64,000 nt of DNA from an uncultured Gemmatimonadales bacterium (GTDB lineage: Bacteria > Gemmatimonadota > Gemmatimonadetes > Gemmatimonadales > GWC2-71-9). Of this stretch, positions 22,885 through 31,622 are shown one piece after another. Position 1 is the first letter of the stretch. The number at the start of each line of letters is the position of its first letter. The position numbers were made by a program, and so were the translations under genes. The notes under the pieces are model-generated. The model saw only the letters and a list, made by a program, of their open reading frames with translations. It searched no databases and was not told the origin of the DNA. Where the stretch lies: positions 96,001-160,000 of the forward strand of contig CAWJIM010000005.1 of the NCBI GenBank assembly GCA_963842945.1, given 5' to 3'.

Positions 22885-23944
22885 TGCCGGGCCGCCGTCG
22901 CCTCGATCCCGAAGTTTTCAATCTGCCTGTGGCGAAGATGCGCGCCGGATACTACTCCGACAAGTACTTCGTCCGGTCCCGAGACATTCTTCTGGCCGAG
23001 GGATACCGGCCCAGAGTGACCATGCAGGTGTTCGGGAAGAGCTCGGCCTTTCTGGGCGGTATCGATGAGGCAATTGCCATCCTGAAGCAGTGCGCCGTCG
23101 AATGGTCGGAGCTCAAGGTGTGGGCGCTCCATGATGGCGACGAGGTGCAGCCCTGGGAGACTGTGCTCCTCATTGAGGGCCCATACGATGCCTTCGCTCA
23201 CCTGGAGACGCTGTACCTGGGTGTTCTGGCTCGGCGCACCCGGGTAGGAACCAACACCAGGAGGGTCGTCGAGGCTGCCGCACCCAAGGAGGTCCTGTTC
23301 TTTCCCGCGCGCCACGATCACTGGCTGATGCAAACCGGAGATGGCTACGCGGCCCACGTGGCCGGAGCGATCGGCGTGTCGACCGACGCCCAGGCATCCT
23401 GGTGGGGCAGTGAGGGGGTTGGAACCGTGCCCCATGCGCTCATCGCGGCGTATGCGGGTGACACTGTCGCGGCAACCCGCAAGTTCGCCGATCATGTCGG
23501 TCCCGGCGTCAGACTGATCAGCCTGGTCGATTTTCATAACGATTGCGTGCGCACGTCACTCGAAGTGGCCGAGGCGTTTGGGCGATAGGTTATACGGGGT
23601 GCGGCTCGATACCAGTGAGATGCTGGTCGACCGTTCTCTGTGGCAGGACATGGGACAGTTTAAGCCCACCGGCGTCAATCCACATCTCGTGTGGAATGTC
23701 CGTCGGGCACTCGACGAGGGCGGGCCACCGCAAGGTGAAAATTTTCGTCTCTGGGGGATTCACTGCCGACAAGATCCGCGACTTCGAGCGGGCCGGAGTA
23801 CCGGTGGACGGCTATGGAGTAGGCTCTTCGCTCTTCGCGGGCAAGTACGACTTCACTGCGGACATCGTTTTGCTGGAGGGAAAACCGGCTGCGAAGGTCG
23901 GCAGGACCTTTCGACCCAATCCGCGGATGGAGGAAGTCGTGTGA
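22884..23944 (+). CDS. Nicotinate/quinolinate phosphoribosyltransferase-like protein, frameshifts near 23580 and 23720
   Basis: YYSDKYF, FPARHDH, GTVPHAL, GVRLDTS, IFVSGGF, GVGS, DFTADIV, KVGR motifs over three frames. Confidence 0.8.
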
Positions 23945-23986
23945 TGCAACGCACAGCGGCCATATTCACCCGATCTATACTTGGCC

Positions 23987-24161
23987 ACAGTGGGAGCGTT
24001 GCTGGACGGCGAACTGCGAGACGTTCGAAAAAGCCCTGAGTCCCCTGCTCTGTTGGCCGGACGAGTCGTTCACTCCAGCGCTTTCGCTGTAATCTCCCTT
24101 CTTTCCCCCCTTCTTCTTTATCTCGCGGGAACGGGCCCATGGCCCGTTCCACCCACCTTTT
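23987..24161 (+). ncRNA. Candidate structured small RNA
   Basis: TATACT -10 at 23976-23981; 12-bp basal stem 23987-23998/24079-24090 with G-U pairs plus CTGGA/TCCAG; C/U-rich linker; terminal hairpin. Confidence 0.5.
24128..24161 (+). terminator. Probable intrinsic terminator
   Basis: GGAACGGGCC-CAT-GGCCCGTTCC perfect 10-bp stem followed shortly by TTTT. Confidence 0.6.
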
Positions 24162-24163
24162 AT

Positions 24164-24293
24164 CAGTCCTCAGTCTAGCCAGTCGGCAGCCACCAGTCCG
24201 CAGTCGTCTGCGCTTCTACTGCTTTCTCTGCAGCATGCGACCAGACTGGTGAACTGACGAGCTGGCGGCTGACTGCGACGACTGGCGACTGAC
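24164..24293. repeat. Degenerate palindromic CAGTC/GACTG short-repeat element
   Basis: Several CAGTC-containing 7-8-mers followed by several GACTG-containing ones. Confidence 0.6.
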
Positions 24294-24394
24294 CACTATG
24301 TGACCCAACCCACAGCCGCCCTGCGAGCACGACCGTTACTTCCCAAGTCGATCGAGATCGGACATCGTGGCCCACTCAAGCTGGAGGCGAGATC

Positions 24395-24793
24395 ATGCCA
24401 CGCGGGGATAAGTCCTCTTATACGAGCAAGCAGAAGCGCCAGGCGGAGCACATCGAAGAAGGGTATGAGAAGCGTGGCGTCTCTCGTCGCGAGGCGGAGC
24501 GGCGCGCCTGGGCCACCGTGAACAAGGAAACCGGCGGCGGAAAGAAGAGCGGTTCGGGACGAGGCAAGAAGTCGAACCGCAGCGCCTCCAGAAAGGGCGG
24601 CAAGAAAGGCGGAAGCGCTTCAGCCTCACGCTCGAAATCCTCCCGCTCCGCCTCGGCCCGCAAAGCCGCCTCGACTCGGCGGCGCCGGTCGGGCGGCAGC
24701 CGGAAGAGCACCAGTCGTGGGCGCTCCAGCAGCAGCCGCAGTCGGTCGAGCACGAGTCGCAAACGCTCGAGCGGACGGAAGAGCAGCCGCTAG
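24395..24793 (+). CDS. Small very basic protein (family often labelled plasmid stabilization protein) with Ser/Arg/Lys-rich tail
   Basis: MPRGDKSSYT.KQKRQAEHIEEGYE.RG....EAERRAWATVNK N-terminus; GGAGG RBS. Confidence 0.8.
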   Translation: MPRGDKSSYTSKQKRQAEHIEEGYEKRGVSRREAERRAWATVNKETGGGKKSGSGRGKKSNRSASRKGGKKGGSASASRSKSSRSASARKAASTRRRRSGGSRKSTSRGRSSSSRSRSSTSRKRSSGRKSSR

Positions 24794-24813
24794 CAGCGAA
24801 GCCAGGATCCTGC

Positions 24814-24851
24814 AAAAAAAGGAATGCCACCGAGTGGTGGCATTCCTTTTT
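24814..24851. terminator. Bidirectional intrinsic terminator
   Basis: A-tract-GGAATGCCACC-gagt-GGTGGCATTCC-T-tract between convergent genes. Confidence 0.9.
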
Positions 24852-24872
24852 CTTTTGCAGCAAGCTCGAACG

Positions 24873-25499
24873 TTAGTCGCTGGCGTTACCGCCCAGTCCG
24901 ATCGACATACCTAGAGAGGCAACCAGGTCATTCTGGAAGTCGTCGCCTCCACCGAAGTCTCCGTTGTACAGGTAGTCTTCCAGATCGATCCGGAAACCAA
25001 TCCTGTTATCGTCGCCTCCGCCGAATCGGAAACCCAGACCGAGCACGCCGCCGAAGTCGGTGCTGCTGGCGTCGTTATCGAACGGGTTACTGCCTCGAGA
25101 CAGCAGGGCTGGTCCGCCGGCAAGGTAGAATCCCACGCTGTTGGTCACCGGCGAGAGCGCCAGCAGCAACCGGGCATTGGCCAGCAGGAGATCGGTGTTT
25201 CCGCTCTGGTTGATGGTCTCGTTGCCGATCTTGGCGGGAGCGTATCCACCCGTCGCCTCGAACCCGAGCCTCCCGGTTCCCCAAAATGTCAGCCGCACTC
25301 CCCCGGCGGCGCCCGCGTTACGGGAGATATCCTCGTCCAATGCACCCACCGAGTTGCTGGTTGGGATGTACGCGCCGACCCACGGGGTGAGCTCAACTCC
25401 ACCCTGCGCTGCCGCCGGCGTTGCTGCCGTTGAGATCACAGCGAGAGCGGTGACTGAACCCGCCAGTGTTCCCATCAGCTTTCGTATCGACATACCCAC
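24873..25499 (-). CDS. Outer-membrane beta-barrel (OmpA-like 8-strand) protein
   Basis: Signal peptide, alternating Gly/aromatic beta strands. Confidence 0.75.
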   Translation of the reverse strand: MGMSIRKLMGTLAGSVTALAVISTAATPAAAQGGVELTPWVGAYIPTSNSVGALDEDISRNAGAAGGVRLTFWGTGRLGFEATGGYAPAKIGNETINQSGNTDLLLANARLLLALSPVTNSVGFYLAGGPALLSRGSNPFDNDASSTDFGGVLGLGFRFGGGDDNRIGFRIDLEDYLYNGDFGGGDDFQNDLVASLGMSIGLGGNASD

Positions 25500-25658
25500 T
25501 CCTTATCAGAAGCTCTTGTGGACACAAACCTGAGCGCTGGTTGACCCGCGCTGTTCGTGCGCCGGATTGGTTCCGGACTGAACAGGATGGCCGAGACGTA
25601 GGATAGGGACGCTGTGAAATGAGTCACCCGCCGCTGGGTGACCCGGCCGTAAACAGAA

Positions 25659-25688
25659 GAGGCGGCGTCGCTTGCGCGACGCCGCCTC
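25659..25688 (-). terminator. Probable intrinsic terminator after OMP gene
   Basis: GAGGCGGCGTCGC-ttgc-GCGACGCCGCCTC hairpin followed by TTCTGTTT on minus strand. Confidence 0.75.
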
Positions 25689-25713
25689 GGCTGACACCGA
25701 GCGTTTCTGTTGC

Positions 25714-26352
25714 TTACTTCTTGCCCAGTCCAAGGAGCGGAATGCCGACACCGAACGAGAGATGCACGTCATTCTGGGTCTTCTTCTCGTCCGAGGGGCC
25801 AAACCCCGGGATCTCAGCCTGGGGCTTATACACGTAGTCCTCCGCGCTCACCTGCAGACGCAGGAGGCTGCCCAGCCGGAATCCTGCACTGGCGCCCACC
25901 GTACCGCCGATATCGGTCTTGTTCTCCGCGTTGGCGTAGAACGCGCCGCTCCGGTTGATCACGCCCACACCACCGGTGACCGAGAACGAAACGGGGCTGG
26001 TGGCCGGAATGATATGAAGGCTGACCCGGCCGCTGCCGGTAAAGATGTTGGCGTCTTCGCTCTGATCTCCGAATCCGCTGGCGGTCACTTTGAGGTCACT
26101 GGGCGCATACGCACCGGTGAACTCGAGCCCAAGCCGGTTGCCCAGCATGATCCCCAGCCGGCCACCCACCGTGAAGCTCATCTCCTGCTTGAACTCTTCG
26201 CCATTCGCGGCCTTGACCAGCTCGGTGGTCGGGATGTAGACGCCGAGGTTCGGAGTCAGACTGATCCGCTGGGCCATCGCTGGATGGGCCGAGGCCGCCA
26301 GCGCTACACCGCCTGCCAACAGGACGCGAGCTATCCACGCGTTGCCACGCAT
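25714..26352 (-). CDS. Outer-membrane beta-barrel protein, paralogue of 24873..25499
   Basis: Signal peptide; shared LTP..G.YIPT, YAP, EDY.Y, QND motifs with neighbour. Confidence 0.75.
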   Translation of the reverse strand: MRGNAWIARVLLAGGVALAASAHPAMAQRISLTPNLGVYIPTTELVKAANGEEFKQEMSFTVGGRLGIMLGNRLGLEFTGAYAPSDLKVTASGFGDQSEDANIFTGSGRVSLHIIPATSPVSFSVTGGVGVINRSGAFYANAENKTDIGGTVGASAGFRLGSLLRLQVSAEDYVYKPQAEIPGFGPSDEKKTQNDVHLSFGVGIPLLGLGKK

Positions 26353-26535
26353 TGAGCCTCCGGTCGGTATGAGGGAAGGGACAGCTTCAGCCGTTTGCTT
26401 CCTCGAACACCGCCGGTGGGGGCAAGAACCGTGCAGTCGGACCCAGTCCGCTAACCTGTTTTAGAGAAAAGGCTTACAGGATGGCTCAGAAGCGTGGCTT
26501 GGAGAATTGAAGGGCTTTGCGGCGGCTTGCGAGGA

Positions 26536-27544
26536 CTAGTCTTCCCGGCGGACCTCGCGGGCGGCCTTGTCGTCGCGGAGGCCAATAAATCGGGGGTGCC
26601 GCAGCAGGCCTGCCGTGGTCCACTCGGAAAATCCGATCTGCGCCACCAGCTCTCGGCGTGACCCACTGGATTTCTCCCGCCGGCGCCGGCCCTTCTGAGA
26701 ACGGCGAGGTGTCGCGGTGCAGCGGAACCAGGCGCCGGTGAAGCAGCTCCAGCGTCCGGTGATCGTACCCGGTGCCGACTTTACCGGCGTAGCGCAGCGA
26801 CTTTCCCTCGTAGTATCCCACCAGCAGCGCGCCGAGACGCTCGCGAGATCCCTGCGGCGCGGTGTACCCTCCGATCACGAGTTCCTGCTGGCGTACGCAT
26901 TTCAACTTCAGCCAATCAGTCGAGCGCGCACTCACGTAGCGTGAGTCTGCTCGTTTGGCCAGAATCCCCTCGGCCCCCTGGGCACAGGCGTCCCGCAGCA
27001 TCGCGGCCGAACCGGAGGTCTTGTGGGGAGTGAACCTGATGGGATCGTCGAACCACACCACATCGCGCAGCACGGTTTTGCGGTCCACCAGCGGGAGCGT
27101 GGTGAGATCTACGCCTTCGTAGAACAGACAGTCGAACAGATAGAGAAAAATGGGTACCTGGCTCCGCCGTGCCCGGATCGGGTCCCGCAGCTGCATCCGT
27201 TGCTGCAGGCGCGCAAAGCTGGTGACCCCGCGATCGGGATCGAACGCAACAATCTCGCCGTCGAGCACTGCGTCGCCTCTTACCGCCGGCTCCAGCGCCT
27301 CGACCAGCTCCGGATAGGCGCCGTTGAGCGGTTTGCGATTGCGGGAGTAGATCCGCACCGTGCCGCCGCTGACGTAGATCAGCGCCCGAACACCATCGAG
27401 CTTGGGCTCGTAGATCCACTTGCCCTGCGACGGCAACGTTTCGGTCAGCGTGGCGAGCATGGGAGGCACCCAGGTTGGCTGGGCCCGGTAACGAAGTCCG
27501 CCCGGTGCCGTCTTGGCCAGCACTCTGAGGGCCCGGGTGCTCAT
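26536..27544 (-). CDS. ligD: NHEJ ATP-dependent DNA ligase (LigD ligase domain), frameshift near 26650
   Basis: PMLATL, EPKLDGVR, LDGEIV, EGILAKR, WLKLK, IGGYT, GKVGTG. Confidence 0.92.
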
Positions 27545-28619
27545 GCGCTCTGTCTCTGAAGCAGTGCATCGAGGTCCTGCTTGGAGGACAGGACCTTCGC
27601 CCAGGGATCCCCGTCCTCTTCGAGAACGCCAGGGACGGTGTGAATGGTGAAGTCCGTGGGATAGATCTTCTCCAGCTGATCCCAGGTCACCGGCATGGAG
27701 ACCGTCCCCATGGGATGCCGGCGGGGACAGAAGATCGAGGCGAGGGACTTTCCCCGGCTGTTCTGGTTGTAGTCAAAGAAGATCTTGCCGGTCCGGCGGG
27801 GAACCGACCATTCCAGAGTGACCTCGTTGGGCCACTGTTGCAGCACGTACCGGGCCAATGGTCTCCGCGATGCTTCTAGCGGCGTCGTAGTCGAACTTCC
27901 GGACAATGGGCAGATAGAGGTGTAGGCCGGTCCGTCCCGAGGTCTTCACGAAGATCTCCAGTCCGAGGCGACCCAGCATCTCGTGCAGGCGCAGCGCCAG
28001 TTCGCGGGTGCGCTTGAACGCCTTTCGGTGCAGCTCGGGCTCCTCGCCCTTACCCTCCTTGCCCGAGTAGAGATAAGGATCCAGGTCGAAGATCACGAAG
28101 TCCGGATAGTTCAGCACCGACTCCTCCAGATTGGCTTCGGAGCCGGAGAACGTTGACCCCGCGACCCCGCGCATCCGGAGCCGGATCGACCCGCGAAAAC
28201 CAGGGGTGCAGCTCCAGACCACCCATCTGCGCCAGGAACAGGAGCGTGGGAAGGTTGTCGCAGATCAGATACTCGCCGTCGCCCTCCTTGTGACTGGAAT
28301 AGATCCGCACCGTGCGGGCATACTCGGGCGGCTTCTCCCAGTGCTTCTGGTAAAAGCTCTTTCCATTCACACCGTCGGGATATCGAGTGGTAAAGACCGG
28401 ACGGCCCGCCAGATGAGGCAGCAGCCAGGGAGAGACTCGGGTGAGATAGCGCAGCAGGTCCCGCTTCGTGAGCGGCCGGCTGCGCCCGGCCCCCGGCCAC
28501 AAAACCTTGTCCAGGTTGGTGACCGGAAGCTGGTGGCCGTCAACCGTCAGGACCAACTTCGGCTGGCGCAGCTCGAGCTGCTCGAGCACGCTTCCAACCT
28601 CGGTCCCGACAGCGCTCAT
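27541..28619 (-). CDS. ligD: LigD polymerase/primase domain protein, frameshifts near 28150 and 27855
   Basis: TNLDKVLWP, RYPDG, FYQK, IFDLDP, KTSGRTGLH, DYNQN over three frames. Confidence 0.9.
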
Positions 28620-29461
28620 CCAACCTTCCGGGGCCGGCGGGCCGGCCGGGTGGCGCGGGTACGGGCCCGGGCCGGCGGCTTGGGCTTGGCCGCCTCCTTC
28701 TTGGCCGCCTCGACACTGCGCTTGAGCGCATCAGCCAGATCGATGACCCGGTGATCGCGCGCCGCGGGCGCCTTCACCACCTGCTTGCCTTCCAGCTTGG
28801 CCTCGATCAGTTCCGCCAGAGCTTCGCGATAGTGATCGTGATACTCGCTCGGGTCGAACGGCTTGCGGAAGATGTCGATCAGCGTAAAGGCCATCTCCAG
28901 CTCGCGGTCTGATACCTTCACCGCGCCCAGATCCATTCCCCGCTCCTCGCGGATCTCGTCGGGATAGAAAAGCGTCTCCAGCATGATCGTGCCGTCGTGG
29001 GCCCGAAGCGCGCAGAGCTGCTCCTTCTTCCGGATGGTGATCGTGGCGATGGCAGTGAGGTTCCGCTTTTCCAGCGCCTTCAGCAACAGCGCGTAGGGTT
29101 TCTCGGCCCGCTCGCCCGGCTCCAGGTAGTAGCTGCGCTCGTAGAAGACGGGATCGATCTCCTTCTCTTCGATAAAAGAAGTCAGCTCGATCGTGTGCTT
29201 GCTCGGCAGGGGGAGCCGCTCGAAGTCCTCGTCCGTGAGCACGACGTACTGCCCCTTGGCGTACTCGTATCCGCGGGCGGTCTCATTCCAGGGCACATCG
29301 ACTTCATCGGTCGGACACCAGCGACGCTGCTGTAGGCGGGTGCCGCAGGTGGCGTGCAGCAGGTTAAACGAGATGTCCTTGCTCTCTGTCGCCCCGAACA
29401 GCTTGACCGGAATGCTCACCATCCCGAAGCTGATCGAGCCGCTCCAGATCGCCCTCGCCAT
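28616..29461 (-). CDS. ku: NHEJ Ku protein
   Basis: MARAIWSGSISFGMVSIPVKL, GYEY, SYYL, basic C-terminal tail; GGAGG RBS. Confidence 0.97.
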   Translation of the reverse strand: MARAIWSGSISFGMVSIPVKLFGATESKDISFNLLHATCGTRLQQRRWCPTDEVDVPWNETARGYEYAKGQYVVLTDEDFERLPLPSKHTIELTSFIEEKEIDPVFYERSYYLEPGERAEKPYALLLKALEKRNLTAIATITIRKKEQLCALRAHDGTIMLETLFYPDEIREERGMDLGAVKVSDRELEMAFTLIDIFRKPFDPSEYHDHYREALAELIEAKLEGKQVVKAPAARDHRVIDLADALKRSVEAAKKEAAKPKPPARARTRATRPARRPRKVG

Positions 29462-29500
29462 GCTGGCTCCTCCCTTTGATGGGGTGACTCGCTGCGCGTG

Positions 29501-29567
29501 TTTTCCACATGGGACCGTCGTTATCCACAGGTTTATCAACATAACCTGTTGATAAATAAGGACTTAC
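29501..29567. promoter_or_regulatory. Cluster of four DnaA-box-like 9-mers with overlapping IHF-like site
   Basis: TTTTCCACA 29501, TTATCCACA 29521, TTATCAACA 29533, TGTTGATAA 29547; TATCAACAGGTTA on minus strand 29542-29554. Confidence 0.6.
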
Positions 29568-29624
29568 GACGCTCGATTATCAGCCGTTTGGGAGACGGTT
29601 GCTGTGGGATGAGTCACACGTCTG

Positions 29625-30508
29625 CTAGCGCTTGGGAGGCGTTTTGACGGAGGAGGTGCCCCCACCACTGACCGTGGTGAGAATTCCCTGCATCGCCTTC
29701 TGGCCGGCGGAGTCAGCCGGTTGGGGATTGAGACTATCGGCTGCCGGCAGGGTGGCCACCGGGAGGCCGGGCGTCAGTGGAGCCGGCTCGATCTCCACCG
29801 AAGCCGACTTGATCGTTGAAGTGCCCCCAAAGCTTGGAGCGGTGGCCCGGGGCCGCGGCTTAGCCGCTTGCCGGAGCACTTCGGGGGGTACCGCACTGGC
29901 CCTGGTCGGAAGCGCCGGAATCATGCCGGCTGAGTTGGGCGAGGCAACCTGCCCCATCGAGCCGACATGCACTTCCGTGAGCCGCCGCCGGACATCGACG
30001 CAGCAAGGTGGGTTTAGCGCGGGAGACCAGCGGCACCGACAGGACCCACTGCGCTCCACCAAGGAGGAGCGCTCCGATCAGGGCGATTCTCAGCTGTCGC
30101 CGTGGCTTGCTGCGGCGCCGGCTCCGGCTTTCACCGGTCAGTTGTTTGGACTTGGTCTTCTTCTTCTTTTGTGCTGCCGGTGTCGGTAAGGGCAGTACTT
30201 TCGGCTCAGCCACCGGGAAGCGTCATCTCGGGTTCCGGCTCCGGCTCTGGGGGCAGCTCGAGACTGAGCGAAGAAAGCGGCTTGGCCTGGGGCCCGGCGA
30301 CCAGAGCCGCCTGGGTCAGCGGCATCGACAGCGCTGTCTTATAGTGGGGATGGAACTGGATCGGCAGCCACTTGCTCGAGGCGTTATGAAATATCCGGGC
30401 TCGAGGAGTCACCACTCCTCTCCTGATCGCCACGGCCAGCTCTTCGATCGATCTGAAAGCGGTTTCCTCGCCGGGCGAGAGCTCGATACGGTACATGCCA
30501 GACCTCAT
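29625..30508 (-). CDS. Hypothetical protein (small globular N-domain, TM, Pro-rich tail), two frameshifts
   Basis: Partial ORFs 30206..30508, 29860..30213, 29625..30062 join plausibly. Confidence 0.55.
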
Positions 30509-30869
30509 GAACGCCGGGTTTCGAGCAAAAGGGAGGTGCTGAGAAGCGGGATTTCACGCAACTTTCGCGCTCGGGTACAATGCACTTTCGTTCATGCCGA
30601 GCTGACAGATCGCGATCACTGCAAACCCTGTATCACGGGCAGTTGAGCCGTCGAACCAGCAACTACTTGGCACTCCAGAGGCGTGCTACCGTTGTGCTCC
30701 TTTCTGCAGCTTGCCTCGGCGGCAGAAAATTCGGCCGGGAGAGTCACCAGAAATGAGACGGCCGCGGTCTGGTAAGTTGCCAGTGATCATGCCCTGAACC
30801 CGAATCTCACCCGGTATTTCGAGGGGCCTGGATGCCAATCCTCTGGCTGGTTGCAGGGCGGCGGGTCGA

Positions 30870-31622
30870 GTGAGCCACGGCAGCGATGTTTCGGCGCTTC
30901 GTGCCGAGCAGGTCAGCAAGCGCTATGGACCGGTGCTCGCGCTGGACAATGTCTCGCTGGATGTCTGGCGCGGCGAGTCGGTAGTTCTGGTTGGCGAAAG
31001 TGGCTCGGGCAAAACTACGCTCCTCCGTTGCTTCAATCGCCTGGTCGATCCGGATACAGGACGAATTCGTATCGAGGAGACAAACGCAGCCGCGCTCGAT
31101 CCCATTGCTCTGAGGCGGCGGGTGGGGTACGTCCCCCAGGATGGTGGGCTGCTGCCCCATTGGCGAGTGCAGCGAAACGTCGAGCTGGTGCCCTGGCTTC
31201 GCGGGGTCGAGAACGCGCGCGAGCTGGCCACGGAGGCGCTGCAGCTGGTGGGACTCGACCCCGCCGTTTTCGCCGAACGCTGGCCTCGTGAGCTCTCCGG
31301 CGGGCAGCGGCAGCGCGTGGCCGTGGCGCGAGCCCTCGCGGCAAAACCGGACATCATCCTGCTCGACGAGCCGTTCGGCGCTCTCGACGCGATTACGCGA
31401 GTCGAGCTCCAGACTACCTTCGACCAGGTTCGCCGGACGCTGGGCGTTACCAGTGTGCTGGTGACCCACGACCTTCATGAAGCCTTCGACCTGGCCGACA
31501 GGGTCGTAGTCATGCGCCAGGGAAGGGTCGAACAGGTCGCCACCGCTCGAGAACTGCAGCAGGCACCGGCGGGCGAGTACGTGCGCGAGCTACTCCTGCG
31601 CGCCCGAGTGATGCCGGCATGA
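30870..31622 (+). CDS. Osmoprotectant/quaternary-amine ABC transporter ATP-binding subunit
   Basis: GESGSGKTT, LSGGQRQR, LLDEPFGALD, VTHD. Confidence 0.92.
   Translation: MSHGSDVSALRAEQVSKRYGPVLALDNVSLDVWRGESVVLVGESGSGKTTLLRCFNRLVDPDTGRIRIEETNAAALDPIALRRRVGYVPQDGGLLPHWRVQRNVELVPWLRGVENARELATEALQLVGLDPAVFAERWPRELSGGQRQRVAVARALAAKPDIILLDEPFGALDAITRVELQTTFDQVRRTLGVTSVLVTHDLHEAFDLADRVVVMRQGRVEQVATARELQQAPAGEYVRELLLRARVMPA

Noticed and set aside
23981..24178. 65-aa ORF
   Set aside because: Runs through the terminator hairpin and into repeats; RNA structure explains the region better, though not excluded
29501..29580. oriC or dif site
   Set aside because: No dnaA/dnaN/gidA context or long AT-rich unwinding element; only a partial XerD-like arm (TTATGTTGATA) with no XerC arm
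30510..30869. Small ORFs or ncRNA in the intergenic region before the ABC transporter
   Set aside because: No convincing RBS, motif or stable structure visible
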